DNA of 64,000 nt from Octopus vulgaris (GCA_951406725.2 OX597831.1:32860001-32924000); one strand, 5' to 3'; counted from the stretch's first letter, positions 14,095 through 30,399 are shown. Numbers and translations: made by a program. The notes: generated by a model from the sequence alone, not told the origin.

Positions 14095-15475
14095 AATGGT
14101 GAAATGATAAAGGCAATTCGATTTCAGTCCAGTTATACATACTTGGGAATATTTGAGGCAGATGGAATTAGACACAACGACATGAAGGAAAAGACAAAAA
14201 GAGAGGACCTGGCTTCAAAGCTGAATGCCAGAACATGATTTTGGCAATAAACTCGCGCGCAGTTTCAGTAGTTCGTTATGGCGCTGGAATCCAGAAGTGG
14301 ACAGAGGAGGAGCTAAAGGAGATGGGCAGGAAGTCGAGAAAGCTCCTAAGGATGCATGGAGCCCATCATTCCCGTGTAGATACTGATCGCCTATACATGA
14401 AGAGAGCAAACGGAGGAAGAGGACTGCTAAGTGTAGAAGACTGCGTACATATCGAACTCGAGAGCTTAACGAGATACCTAGCCGAAAGTAAGGATACCTT
14501 GCTAGTGGAGGGACAACCATTGGAATGAGCAAGTGTCTCCACTGTGCCGCATCTGTAATAGAGTAGATCAGACCATTGCCCATATCATGAAGGAATGCCC
14601 TAGACTTGCCCCAAACCACTACAAGTTGTGCGACACGATCAGGTGGCGAAAGTGCTAGGCTGAAATCTGTGCGAAAAGTGGGGACTAGAGAGAGGCAAAA
14701 CGTGGTATGAGAACAAACCGCAGAGAGTGGCGGGGTCGGAGACTAGCAAAATCCTCTGGGATTTCCCAATCCAATCAGATTAGGTGCTAGAGCATAATAG
14801 ACCGAACCTAGTAGTGGTGGACAAGATTCACCACATGTGCTATATAGTTGATGTTGCATGCCCTTTTGACCCACGAATAGTCCAGAAGGAAGGCGAAAAA
14901 ATAGATACATACAACCCTCTTAAGTACGAAAAAGCCCGGCTTTGGAAAATGAAGAAGGTGAAGATAGTGCCAATTATTGTTTGATCCTTGTGGACATGCG
15001 TAGTAGACCTGTTAGAAAAGGTTTGCTTCCTTGGCACAGCCGGAATAATCAGGAAAGTATTAGATAGGAGTAAAGATTGTTTGCCATCATAACATGGCAG
15101 TCCTGGTTTAGGACGAATGTTGCTGTAATTTAGCCCCAGGAGACAGTCTCCAGCTGGCTGTACGACACGATCTGTGTCCTTATATTTTCGAACAAAGGAA
15201 TCTAGCACACCTACTCGAAAATATAAGGGCACAGATTGTGCCTAAATTACAGCAACAATTGTTCTAAACCAGGACTGCCATGTTATGTTGGCTAACAATC
15301 TTTACTCCAAAGTACTGTTGCTGAGTATCTCTCGTTGTGAGATTTACGAATAGAAATTTTCTAATTATTAGCTGAAAAGAACGGATACCAAGGTACCGTA
15401 GGCTACAGGTAGTAAGCCCGCTACGCATGCAAGACTTCAGGAGCTCCAACAAAACCTGCAATAAAAAGAAAATAA
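14095..15475 (+). mobile_element. Degenerate R4/Dong-type non-LTR retrotransposon (RT C-terminus, CCHC knuckle, restriction-like endonuclease), ending in (AAT)n
   Basis: Fragments read YTYLG; AINSRAVSVVRYG...W...DRLYMKRANGGRGL; CRIC..TIAHIMKEC; RHDQVA; ILWDFPIQ; HNRPNLVVVDK...IVDVACP...EKIDTYNPL; KVCFLGTAGIIRKVL. The 3' UTR matches 50716-50820. Confidence 0.85.
15067..15368. mobile_element. Hairpin-like MITE inserted into the Dong-type element, with a TA duplication
   Basis: 15067-15132 is inverted at 15242-15308, with an inner inverted pair ctgtgtccttatattttcga / tcgaaaatataagggcacag. Removing the insert and one TA restores attagaTAgctgaaaag, as seen uninterrupted at ~50708-50724. Confidence 0.8.
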
Positions 15476-15494
15476 TATTAATAATAATAATAAC

Positions 15495-15566
<72 letters not shown>

Positions 15567-15899
15567 CGGACTTATTGGAACTAAAATGAAGCTTTATCTG
15601 GAAAGTCAAGATGGTCATGGATAGAATATATTTGCTCTTAAGTCTTAGACCTTGGTCTAAACAACAACAGCAATAGCAACAACAGCAACATTGATTCTTT
15701 TGCATTTTGTTTTTGATATCCATTATCAGAGCCCTGCTACCCGTATATGTTCTTTAACCATGGCTACGCGATCTACCCGTGTCTCCTCATTTTTTTTTTT
15801 CACCTGAAAATCTACCCAACCTTCTACAAATAAGACAAAATAACCCACCCGATTCTCCTCCGTCACATTTTCCAATCAAAGCCACCCGAACCACCTAAA

Positions 15900-17850
<1,951 letters not shown>

Positions 17851-18061
17851 CCGTAAATAACAAATCTTCCTAAAAACAAAACGTAAAATCAATAAAAATC
17901 GTAAACAAAACTTTGAAAACAAGAAAACTAAGCAAAAATCAACATTGTAAAGAATAACAAAATATTGTAAAACCATATTCAGAAAAAAATGATCGCAAAA
18001 TGATATAAAAAAATTATAAAAATAAGAAAAACCAACAACGTAAAAAAAATGATATAAACAA

Positions 18062-18208
18062 CGTGCCTGTGTGGTAAGAAACCTGCTTCCTAACCACGTT
18101 GTTCCTGGTTCAGTCCCACTGCGTGATACTTTCGACGTCTTCTACTATAGCCTCGGGCCGACCAAAACTTTGTGAGTGGATGTTGTAGACGGAAACTGAA
18201 AGAAGCCC

Positions 18209-18274
<66 letters not shown>

Positions 18275-18330
18275 TTTGTTTGTGTGTGTGTGTGTGTGTG
18301 TGTATGTGTTCGCCACCACCGCTTGAACAC
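18062..18330 (+). mobile_element. SINE family A, 5' two-thirds
   Basis: Head, CORE-like segment and internal microsatellite present. Confidence 0.8.
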
Positions 18331-18401
18331 ACGTGGTAAGGGGTCGAAAGAAATAACACAAAGGACTTAGTTCGATGCTCTTACGATTCTAACACGCCTC
18401 A

Positions 18402-18442
<41 letters not shown>

Positions 18443-18443
<1 letters not shown>

Positions 18444-18996
18444 GCCCTGATGCAGTATCAGGCAGTGGCTCTCGTGGCTTCTGATCTTAACTGATTGGAA
18501 GTGTTATCATGTACATTGGTTTGTCTTGGTATAAAAAAAGGGCTACAGCAAATATTCTGCTCAATACCACAGATTTGCTTTCAGTTGTTTGACCTTAACC
18601 AATTGACCATGTTTCTTAGTGGCTGATGATATATGCACCTCTGATCCCGAGCAGAAGTAGTGGGGGAGCATCATAGCCATGTGTTGAGAGGGATTCTTTG
18701 GGGCTTGAATAATTCACCTCTGGAAACATGGGTGTTTCATTCAACATCCTTAAACAACCCTTATTCAGGGACCTTTTGAGCGGGATGGGTTACTCGACCA
18801 GAAGAAAATTCTAACTGAGCCCCACCTGCAAGTTCATGTGCTGTTTATCTTGATATGAGATCACCATGGTATGCACATATGGTTGTAATGCATGTGACTT
18901 GTGTACCCTTATCAGACGGTTAGTCATGATAGGTATACTGGGCTTTGTATATTTTACTCCAGTGTCACTTTGATGGCATACACTGCTCTCTCACTC
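18443..18996 (+). mobile_element. Family C, longest copy, flanked on both sides by (AAT)n
   Basis: (AAT)n at 18404-18440 and from 18997 onward; homologous to two other copies. Confidence 0.85.
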
Positions 18997-19085
<89 letters not shown>

Positions 19086-19392
19086 GAAGAAGAAGAAGAA
19101 GAAGAAGAAGAATATTAAAAATAATAATAATAATAATAAATACAGAAAATAACAAAATACAATACAAAAATGGTAGAAAAACATTACGAAACATTCAGGT
19201 AATCATACACACACACATACACACAAGCAGATAATTAAAATCTATCTTTATATCTTTGATGGCGGTCCTTTGTTTACAGGCATCTCATAAGTTGATAGAT
19301 CAATTGAAATGAAGTAACTCGTCCAAGGATATTCCAGAATCAAGCCCATGGAAATTCGTCCAGCCAGCTAACGATTCTGCCAGCTCGCTACC

Positions 19393-19429
<37 letters not shown>

Positions 19430-19455
19430 TAATAATAATAATAATAATAATAATG

Positions 19456-19525
<70 letters not shown>

Positions 19526-19901
19526 CAATAATAATGATGATGATAATAATAATTGTATTTGTACATGAAGCAAATCAGGGAAAAAACCATTAATGGAAAA
19601 GTAATGTTTCCAATCAGTCCAAAAAAGGTTTCTAGGCTAGTTCGTTCGTTTCGGTGATGAACTTTTTCAGGAGTATGTTCAAGGCATTTTCATTGCCTCC
19701 ACCACCCAAAATTCAGGGGAGGGGTGCTTGCACCGCCTGTACCTCGTGTTCCAGATTTTATGACCCTCAGGAAGCAGAACCACGACTAAACGTAATTCCA
19801 CTCGTTCCCATGAAGTCTTTTTGCGTTTAGTCGTAGAATTGGGATTGGAGAGATTTGGCTTCTATTTCTAGCAGGCCAATCGTTCAAGTAGAACTAGTTT
19901 C

Positions 19902-19940
<39 letters not shown>

Positions 19941-20061
19941 AATGATGATGTTGATCATGAGTGGGTGGAGGTGACTGCTGCTGCTGGTGATCATGCTGTT
20001 GATGGTGACGCTGATGGTATTAGTGATGATGTTGGCTATGATGGGGATGATGATAATGGTA

Positions 20062-20102
<41 letters not shown>

Positions 20103-20302
20103 AGAGGTGGAAATGGTGATAGTCGTGATGGTGATGTCAGTGTCAATGATGAGGGGCGATGGCGATGATGATCATGATGATGATAGTGGAGGGGATAACG
20201 ATGAAGATGAGGATTACGATAGTGATGATAATGCTGTCGATGGTGATGACGTGGATGATGATGATGATGATGATGATGATAATGCTATCGATGGTGATGA
20301 CG

Positions 20303-20358
<56 letters not shown>

Positions 20359-20912
20359 AATGTTGATGGTGTTGGTGATGGTGACGTTGGTGATGATGAT
20401 GATGATGATGTTGATGACAAAGACGGAGTTGATGGTGGTGATGTTGGTGTTGGTGGTGATGGTGGCGAAGATTAGCGAGATTACCTCGCCCGCAGGGCAA
20501 TCATTTAATTCCATCTTTATTAAAAACTCGAAGAAACTGAGCCGCCTTGTGTGCTCGCATTTAACGCGCGCGTGCGTGCGTCCGTGTGTCGGTGTCTGTG
20601 TCTGTGTACATGTCTACATATATGTGCGTGCATGAGCGTTTTTGTATGTATCTGCATGTGTGCGCGCAGGTGAGTTTGAGCGCGCGCGCGTATGTGTGTG
20701 TAAGTGTGTGTGTGTGTGTGTAAGTGTGTGTGTGTGTAAGGACCGAAAGATGAACAATATGAAAAGCGATTCAGCAGAGGTGTAGAAAATTAGAAATCAG
20801 GAACACGTTACCAATACTAATATACATGTGTATATATACACACACAATATACACGCTCTGTATATACATACATACATACATAATACATACATACATACAT
20901 GCATACATACAC

Positions 20913-20970
<58 letters not shown>

Positions 20971-20976
<6 letters not shown>

Positions 20977-21150
20977 AGCCACTACACATTCTATATATTC
21001 TCTCCTTGTTTCTTTCTGTGTTCCTTTCTGTGGAAGAGCATAGGCGCGAAACGTTAAAGACTTTTTCACTTCCCGAGCGTTAAACTAATACATCTGTTTG
21101 TTGTCTACACCACCTGTCTACGTCTTTTGCTTTTTTGTGAATTCTCCCTA
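20971..21150 (+). mobile_element. Family D with hammerhead-like motif (21024-21059)
   Basis: CTTT-CTGTGGA-A-GAGCatagGCGC-GAAA-CGTT-AAAG; embedded in (TA)n. Confidence 0.7.
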
Positions 21151-21576
21151 TATATATATGTGTGTATGGAAAAAAGTCAAGGTAGAAAATGCTAAAATAA
21201 TTTTATATAAAACATTTCAGTACCGGTTTTGGTCATTAAAACATATTTGGAAAAATTAAATGAAAAGTTTTTGTGCCAGTATTTCCGTTTAAAGATTCTC
21301 GATTTCCTAAGTCTAATTTGATGGATTAAGAATACTAAAAACTTTTTTTTTCGTCGTTTCTTGATGAAGAACTTTGTTCGAAGCGTCATAAAGTACCTTT
21401 TCTCAACACCATACAAAAACTAAAAACTCTTTGTGCTTTACCAAAGAAACCATTTTTTACGGATACAGATACTGCGAGTGTCTCGGCAAGTTTAATTTCG
21501 TATATTTGTGGGTGTGTGTGTTTATGTGTATGTGTGTATACATACATATATGTCTATATATATGAATGTATATATA

Positions 21577-21676
21577 CAGGGTGGGCCATAATGATGGGAC
21601 ACTTTAAATGTTCGTATCTTGAATTGTTAAAATATATTTATTACATAGCTGTCCCATCATTATGGCCCATCTTTTG
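21577..21676. mobile_element. Tc1/mariner-type mini-MITE
   Basis: TA|cagggtgggccataatgatgggaca ... tgtcccatcattatggcccatcttttg|TA. Confidence 0.7.
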
Positions 21677-21696
21677 TATGTATGTATGTATATATT

Positions 21697-22035
21697 CTTT
21701 TATTGGTTTCAGTCATTTGACTGCGGCTATGCTGGAGCACCGCCTTTAGTCGAGCAAATCGACCCTATAGGACTTATTCTATCGGTCACTTTGCCGAACC
21801 GCTAAGTTAAAATACACCAACATCAGTGGTCAAGCGATGGTGGTGGGACAAACATAGTCACACAACCATATATATACGACGGGCTTCTTTTAGTTTCTGT
21901 CTACCAAATCCTCTCACAAGGCTTTTTTCGGTCCAAGGCTATGGTAGATGATACTTGCCGAAGGTGCCTCGCAGTGAGACCGAACCCGGAACCATGCAGT
22001 TGAGAAGCAAGCCTCTTACCACACAGCCACGCTTG
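21697..22035 (-). mobile_element. SINE family A
   Basis: Reverse complement of tail, body and head. Confidence 0.85.
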
Positions 22036-22389
22036 TATGTATGTATATATACATATAAATATAAACTATATGCATGTATGCATATGTATGTGTATATATT
22101 GCGAGATCCTGGTTTCTGACCCTGGACCGTTCAATGCGTTGTGCTCTTGCTCTAGTCCACTCAGCAGTAAATGAATGACCCTGCGATGGACTGGTGTCCA
22201 GTTCAGAGGGAATTTTATGATTGTGGTCAACTATACGTCATGGAAAACCAGTTAAGTAATCAGCCCTATGACTCCTGGGTCTCCAGACAGTACCATGTCT
22301 ACGGACAGAACTGCAACCGCACCGACCATCTACCCAGAATTCCACCTCACCGTCTCACATTTATTTCCGTCTTCATAATCCAGCCTACA

Positions 22390-22823
22390 TTTACTCTCTC
22401 TTTTACTCTTTTACTCTTTTACTTGTTTCAGTCATTTGACTGCGGCCATGCTGGAGCACCGCCTTTAGTCGAGCAAATCGACCCCGGGACTTATTCTTTG
22501 TAAGCCCAGTACTTATTCTATCGGTCTCTTTTGCCGAACCGCTAAGTAACGGGGACGTAAACACACCAGCATCGGTTGTCAAGCAATGCTGGGGGGACAA
22601 ACACAGACACACAAACACACACACACATACATACATATATATATATATACACATATACGACAGGCTTCTTTCAGTTTCCGTCTACCAAATCCACTCACAA
22701 GGCATTGGTCGGCCCGAGGCTATAGCAGAAGACACTTGCCCAAGATGCCACACAGTAGGACTGAACCCGGAACCATGTGGTTGGTTAGCAAGCTACTTAC
22801 CACACAGCCACTCCTGCGCCTAT
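22390..22823 (-). mobile_element. SINE family A, full length, young
   Basis: Nearly identical to 38337-38735, 52125-52520 and 55884-56298; (GTAAAAGA)n tail. Confidence 0.9.
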
Positions 22824-23495
22824 ATTTGTTCAAACTTAATACCAATCATGTGGTTTTTACCAGCCTAGAAGACCCTAGAAAGGTTAGAAACCCGGCCATT
22901 CTTTCTCCTTTTTCTGACGAATCCATAAAAGCCACACCACAAAGTCACTTTAATAGCACAAATAGTTTACCATTATTACCGCCCCACCCATTGAGTAGAA
23001 CAGGAATAACTCCCAGAGAAGGTACGTTCCAGACATCGCGAAGCTTTCTTGTTAAATTCTAAACACCGTTTCCAATGGTGTATGTCTCGCATTCTTGTAG
23101 GCATTGTCAGAAGTCAGAGAAAAGACAGATAAAGAAAAAAAAAAACTATGATTCTTTTTAGTAAATTTATATTTCTTTTTCTGTATTTTATTTCATTGTA
23201 ATCCCTATTTGATCCTATCTGATCCTCTCTTCCCTATTAAGTGGTCAATTTCCACTGAGAAATCCCACAGGATCTCCCAGTAAATCATTTTCAATAACAA
23301 CCATTACCAGTGATCGCTCACCTTATTAAAGCCAACTTTCTATCACTCCACCTTCCTCTCACTTTCTGTCTGCCTGTTTGCCTGTCGGCCTGTCGACCTG
23401 TCTCTTTTCCTGATCCGGCGATGCCTTGTTTTATATTATTTTCTGTTTCTACATACATGCATAAACACACACAAAGGCACACAAATACACAGGTG

Positions 23496-23602
<107 letters not shown>

Positions 23603-23776
23603 ACATATATATATGTATATATATATGTATGTATGTATGTATATATATATGTGTGTGTGTGTATGTGTGTGTGTATGCATATACATACATACACGCACAT
23701 ATATTTCTACATTCACGAATTCGGTGTGAGTTACTTTCAGCTAATCTAGCACGGGAGCACATCCCCCTCTCCCCAC

Positions 23777-23831
<55 letters not shown>

Positions 23832-24184
23832 GCCCAAACTTCGCAACCTCCTGGATCCTATCAATGTTTGAGCTAACAAGGTTTATTCAAATCGCTTGTT
23901 CTTGGGTAACAATAATAAAGATTTGTTTCTCGTTTTAGTCTTCCACCTCAACATCTCCGTGAATATTATTATTATTATTGTTGTTGTTGTTGTTGTTGTT
24001 GCTGTTGTTATTTTCTGCTGACCTTTCCAGACGTATGGTCAAATGATTCTTTGAAGCTCTGGATTGGATTCTAAGAAATTATTCTTTTATATTTCTTCAT
24101 TTTCTAACAAGGATGATACAGGCTTCAGACAAAGAACAAATGGTCTCTTGTTAGAGAAATTATATTTTTTTACCTTTAAACATG

Positions 24185-24570
24185 GGTGCAGAGGTGGCTA
24201 TAGGTAAGAAGCTTGCTTCTCAACCACATGGTTCTTGGTTCAGTCCCGCTGCAGTGCAATTTGGGAAAGTATCTTCTACTATAGCCTCGGACCGACCAAA
24301 GCCTTGTGAGTGGACTTGATAGACGGAAACTTAAAGAAGCCTCTGTAAAAATGTTTGTGTGTGTGTCTTGTGTCTATGTTCGTTCTCACCACTGCTTGAC
24401 AACCGTTGTTTGTGTGTCTACGTCTACGGTTCGGCAAAAATGACCGATAGAATAAGCACCAGGCTTAAACCCAAAAGTACTGGGGTTGATTCGTTCGATT
24501 AAAAATTCATTCTGCAAGGCGGTGTTCCAGCATGGCCGCAGTCAAAGGACTGAAACAAGTAAAATATAAA
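24185..24570 (+). mobile_element. SINE family A, older copy
   Basis: Head to tail present, with a short internal TG tract. Confidence 0.85.
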
Positions 24571-25465
24571 TGATAACAACAAAAAAAAAAAAACGATGGC
24601 AACGAATAACGCCTTTAAATTAAAAAAATAACTCATGAAGTTAAACGCGTTTCTAGTGTATAAATAAATATATTATCCATAGAAACATTGTGTAACAAAA
24701 GACATGCCTTTTGGAGGGGAAAATATTAGCATTTCCGTGAAGAGTAGTAGGGTCGAGAACGGCCAAGTGATAATTTTAATAGAAGCAAGAACTACAGCGA
24801 CAGCGACAACAAAAACAGATACACACAGAGACAAAAGTTTATCGAATGGAAGCAACAATATAAATTTGAGTAGAGGATTAGTTTCGCGTTTTTACAAATA
24901 TAATGAAGCAAACGAATGATGGGCAAAAATAGCGAAGATCGCATGGCAATGCTACGTGGCATAAACAAGCGCATCTCCACTCGAATCTATCACACACGTA
25001 TATGAGAGAAACAAAGTCGTTTACCTGTGCGTTTACGAAGCCACGCGAACTTTCTCTGTGGCTTTCAATGTACGGAGTGAGATTTTCTTTTTTGGGCTAG
25101 GGACGGTATATGGCACAGGCATTTAAAATTGAAAGATAGAATGAAGAGATAAGTTTAGCCAGTGCATCAAATACATGTATATAGTCTAATCCCACATTAT
25201 TTGGGACGAAAAAAAACACGAGGATCAATGTAGAATGACATCGATAATAACATTGCCCGCCCCCGCTCACTCGGGATCACCTTCAGGGGAAAAGAGTCGG
25301 GGTGGGAGTCAGAGACGACATTACTTTTGGTGGTCGGGAAAGATCTCTGTAGACATAAATTCTTATGATTTCACAGCAATAGAAAATTATCTAATGGGAG
25401 TTGAGAGAGAGAGAGAGATGGAGAGAGAGGGAGGAAAAAGAGAAAGATCGAGCGAGCGAGCGAGC

Positions 25466-25583
<118 letters not shown>

Positions 25584-25591
25584 TTACACTC

Positions 25592-25785
25592 CAGCTGCTA
25601 TATAAAGTGGTAGCAAAGATCACTTGATGGATTTCTACCCAGAATTAGTTGGGAAAACAGAAGAAAGACTATAGCAACACCACACCATGAAAGTCTACAA
25701 AGTCTCCCATGTCGGCGTCTTTTCTCAGCAGCGTTAACACTCCCCAGTTCGTGGCACTTGAAAGAAATTCTCTCAGTGTGTATAG
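25592..25785 (+). promoter_or_regulatory. Candidate TATA promoter and first exon
   Basis: Long (GA)n, E-box CAGCTG at 25592-25597, TATATAAAG at 25599-25607, then unique sequence ending in a possible donor AG|GTTTGT at 25785/25786. Motif evidence only. Confidence 0.3.
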
Positions 25786-25976
25786 GTTTGTGAATGAGTG
25801 TCTGAATTTATGAGAGAGAGAGAGAGAGACAGAAAGAGGGGAGAACAGAAAGAGAAAGAGCGTACGTGGGTCCGTATGTATATGAATGTGCACAGCACAT
25901 ACATGCACACACATACATATGTGTGAGTGTGTATATAAGTGTGTATGTGGGTTAAAAGCATGAGTATGTGAATGCA

Positions 25977-26022
<46 letters not shown>

Positions 26023-26165
26023 TGCATTCACATACTCATGCTTTATATATATATATATATTGGCGTGCACATGTTTATCTCGCTGTCTGTGTATGTGATC
26101 ACAAATATGTGTGCATGTATGTAGCATTTATGTATATGCATGTGTGTATGTTCTGTACACACACA

Positions 26166-26208
<43 letters not shown>

Positions 26209-26458
26209 ACGTTAAGGGTACACGTGTTTGTGGAGTGCTCAGCCACTTACACGTTAATTACTCGAGCAAGCTGTTCCGTTGATCGTATCAGCTGGGACCC
26301 TCGTCGTCGCAACCGACGGGGTGCTCCTATATACACACGCACCTATATATATTTTATATATATATTGCATAAATATATATATATATATGTATATATATTA
26401 TACACATATATATACATACATATACGTATATATCGTATACATATATATGTATGTATGC

Positions 26459-26513
<55 letters not shown>

Positions 26514-26719
26514 TATATATATATACACACATATATATATACACATATAAATATTAAAATTGACACTACGCATACACACAGATGCATTTATGTATAAGTG
26601 TGTGCTTGTGTGTGCATGAGTGTAAGAATTGTGTATGTGTGTGTGTGTGTGTGAGTAGAGTGTGTTTGTGTAAGTATGCATATATGAAGTGTGTATTTGC
26701 GTATGTACATATGTATAAA

Positions 26720-26754
<35 letters not shown>

Positions 26755-27287
26755 ATAATATGCCAAGACCCTCTATTTTCTGGACCCTCTCCAGCGGAAT
26801 GACGTGTGTATTTCATCCATCAGTGAGGTGGTCTAATCTGGTTTGTGACCCCTCAAGGGGGGGGGGGGCATTTCTCCTCCCCTTCCTCAACCCCTCCCCC
26901 CACACACAATGGCCGCTGGTAAGTCTTCACTTAACACAATATTGTCTTCTCGTTTACAACGCAATCAATATTTCTCGTTGGCCACTGAGATTCATTAATT
27001 TCCTCACTCGTTGTTGTTGCTGTTGTTGTTGTTGTTGTTGATTGAGTGGCGATGGTGGAGCTGGCGGTGGTGGTGGTGGTGGTGGCGGCGGGGTGGTGAA
27101 ACTAATGAAGATAGTATCAATACATGAGGCTGATGATGATGTCAATGATGGTGATGATGGTAAATATGATGATGATGATGAGGAGGAGACGGTGATGATG
27201 ATAATGATAACGATGATGTCGGTGATGATGTCGATGATGATGATGATGATGATGATCATGACGATGGCGATGGTGATGAGGATGAGT

Positions 27288-27353
<66 letters not shown>

Positions 27354-27438
27354 CAATCATGACGACGACGACGATGACGATGGTGATGATGATGATGATG
27401 ATAATGACGACGATGAAAATGACGACGACGACAACGAA

Positions 27439-27499
<61 letters not shown>

Positions 27500-27837
27500 G
27501 TCGTGGTGGCGATTGCAATGGCATAAAGTCAGCTCTGCCTGAGATGAACGCAGAGCGACGCAACCGTCCTGCACGCAGTCTTGCAGTCGTCCGAGCGTTG
27601 TTCACTTGTGGATTTATGGTCGAATGCCTGCTGTTGGACAGATCCGGCCATCAGCTGACCCCATAGCCAATACTGTCCTGTCTTCTTTTAGTCGTGGTGG
27701 AGGGGAAACAATGTTTATCTGTCTACTGGCCTTGGGGGACGATGTTTGTGTGGTGGACCAGAATGAAAGGACAGAAAAACGGACAGCTTCTACTTTTGGT
27801 GAAGCCTCATCAAACTTTTCAAGGTTTTCTTAAAAAT

Positions 27838-28000
27838 AGCGCAGGTGTGGTTATGGGGTAAGAAGTTTGCTTCCCAATCACATGATCCCGGGTTCATTCC
27901 CACTGCGTAGCACTTTCGCAAGTGTCTTCTACTATAGCCTCCGGTCGACAAAAACCTTATGAGTGGATTTGATGGATGGAAACTGAAAGAAGACCGTCGT
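27838..28000 (+). mobile_element. SINE family A, 5' half (a 3' half follows at ~28905-29100)
   Basis: Head and CORE-like segment ending gaagaccgtcgtatata. Confidence 0.8.
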
Positions 28001-28680
28001 ATATATACAAGCAGTAGCGGCTCGTGTATAGGCACTGTGGAACTGCAGCACCCCCTATTTCCACTCTATATTATCGATAACATCCAATATAATGAGTCCC
28101 TTTTTCTTTAATTCTTTCTTTATACTTCTACATTATATAATCCCTAAGCTTAATGTCAGTAACCATCGCCTAGTTTATGAAAAAAACAAAAATCCTTGTA
28201 TAGAACTGTGCTCTTCACGGTTGCAGCGATGCGGTGTTTGGCTGTTATGTGCATGATCACATGTCCAATATAGGAAGCTTCACACTAGAGAAAGAGAGAG
28301 AGAGTACTGTCGTTCACGCTGTGCCGTTGAAAGGTAATGTTTCCCTTTGACTCAGCGTGTGTTGAGCTTAAAAATGTGTTAATATTCTTGAATGTGATAA
28401 AGTGTATAATTAGATTATTATCCTCTTTCCAGCTTCAGTGTTGCTGGCAGGATTTGAAAAATAGGGTAGATTTGCACCCCGCCTATTTTGTGATTTAGGG
28501 AGAGATTTTTGTAAATTAAGGGGGAATTCGCGGCGATGTTCAGTGAACAAATTAAACACATTACTCGGCAGTGGCTAAAGCGCGAACCCATCAAGTTTAT
28601 GTATAAATTTTCTTCTTATATGTTTGTTTCCTTAAACATAATATTAAAACAAATTTCCTGAAGCAGTAACCGCCATTGTA

Positions 28681-28836
28681 TACGAGGGTACGCTGAAAAG
28701 TTCCTGGTTTTAAGAGTATCGCGGAAGGTCTGGTGTGTGAGTCTGAGAAGGGGATATGTTGAATAAAATCCTAATTAACTGATCCTTTTGTATTTTCTTT
28801 TATCCGAAGACGGGAACTTTTCAGCACCCCCTCGTG
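28681..28836. mobile_element. Mariner-type MITE
   Basis: TIRs tacgagggtacgctgaaaagttcc / ggaacttttcagcaccccctcgtg. Confidence 0.8.
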
Positions 28837-30085
28837 TGTGTATATATATATGCGTGTATGTGTGTATGTGAGTGTGTATGTATGTGTGAGAGAGTGTGTG
28901 TGTCTGTTCCCTACCAACGCTTAGCAATCGGTGTTGGTTTGTTTATGTCCCTGTAACTAGGTGGTTCGGCGAAGGACTGATAGAATATGTGCCACGGTGA
29001 AAAGGAAAAAGAATAAGTCCGGGAATTGATTCGTTCGACTAAAATTCTTCAAGGCGGTGCCCCAGCATGGCCACACTCAAATAACTGAAAGCAATAAAAG
29101 AGAAGAGAAAACGAGAGAGGCGAACGAGATGCTGAATAAAACGTGAATGAGAGTAGCAAGCCCGGCCCGGGTGAACCGGCTTGATCCAGTCATGCACCTG
29201 TACCTGCGCTCAACTGGTACTTATTTTATCGATCCCAGAAGGATGAAAGGCAAAGTCAACTTGCTAAGCATTTTGCTCGGTTGCTAACGATGCTGCCAGC
29301 TTGCTGCAGCAACAACAACGACAAAAACAACAATAAAAACAACGACAATAGATAATGATAATAAACAAAATGAACAAATCACAAAGAAGAATGAGAAGGA
29401 GGAGGAGGAAGAGGAGGGGAGGAGGAGAAGAGAAGAAGGAGGGAAGAAGAAGAAGGAGGAGGAAGAGGAGGGGAGGAGAAGAATTGGAGAAAAAGAAGAA
29501 GTAGAAGAAGAAGAAGAAGAAGAAGAAGAAGAAGAAGAAGAAGAAGAAGAAGAAGAAGAAGAAGAAGAAGAAGAAGAAGAAGAAGAAGAAGAAGAAGAAG
29601 AAAGAAGAAGAAGAAGAAGAAGAAGAATATGTTCCCAATTCGAAAGTGTATAGAAATATAGTTCTCTTCGAGTGATCAGCAAAGATGACACACACCGTCC
29701 TCTATCATCAACACTAATCTACTGACAGGAAGAGATGCAACTGACGTATCTAAAATGGCGGATGTTCAAACAAATCGAAGTGTCGTAATTACACAATAAA
29801 ACATTGATAATATCCTTAACGGTGGCTGTTTTTCCAGAACATTCTTGTTTATTAAAGATAAAAATAGCAAAAATAATATAAATATATACAAAGTGAGGGA
29901 GAAAAAGAAAATAATAAACGCATAGGGAAAACTAATTTTAAAATAGGAAATAACGATACGAACGTGTGAACAAATAATGTGTGTGCATGTGTGGGTAAAC
30001 GTGTATACATGTATATAGATATAAGTGTACGTGTACTTGAGTGTATGCGTATATGTATAAGTATCAATGTATGTGTGTGTAGGTA

Positions 30086-30146
<61 letters not shown>

Positions 30147-30288
30147 ATATCTATATGTATGTATGTGTGTGTGTGTGTATATTCATTTGTATATATGTTT
30201 CTATATTTATGTATATATATGTAAATATACGTGTATGTGCGTACATAAATACATACATGGATGCACGCTTTTCACTCTCTCTCTCACT

Positions 30289-30337
<49 letters not shown>

Positions 30338-30363
30338 CATACATACATACATACATACATACA

Positions 30364-30399
<36 letters not shown>

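Noticed and set aside
22100-22300. Old SINE-like fragment (ccctgcgatggactgg)
   Set aside because: Resembles SINE central domains from memory, but it is single-copy here and its boundaries are unclear.
27500-27830. GC-richer unique stretch as a coding exon
   Set aside because: Short frames with no recognisable protein similarity or convincing splice-site pair.
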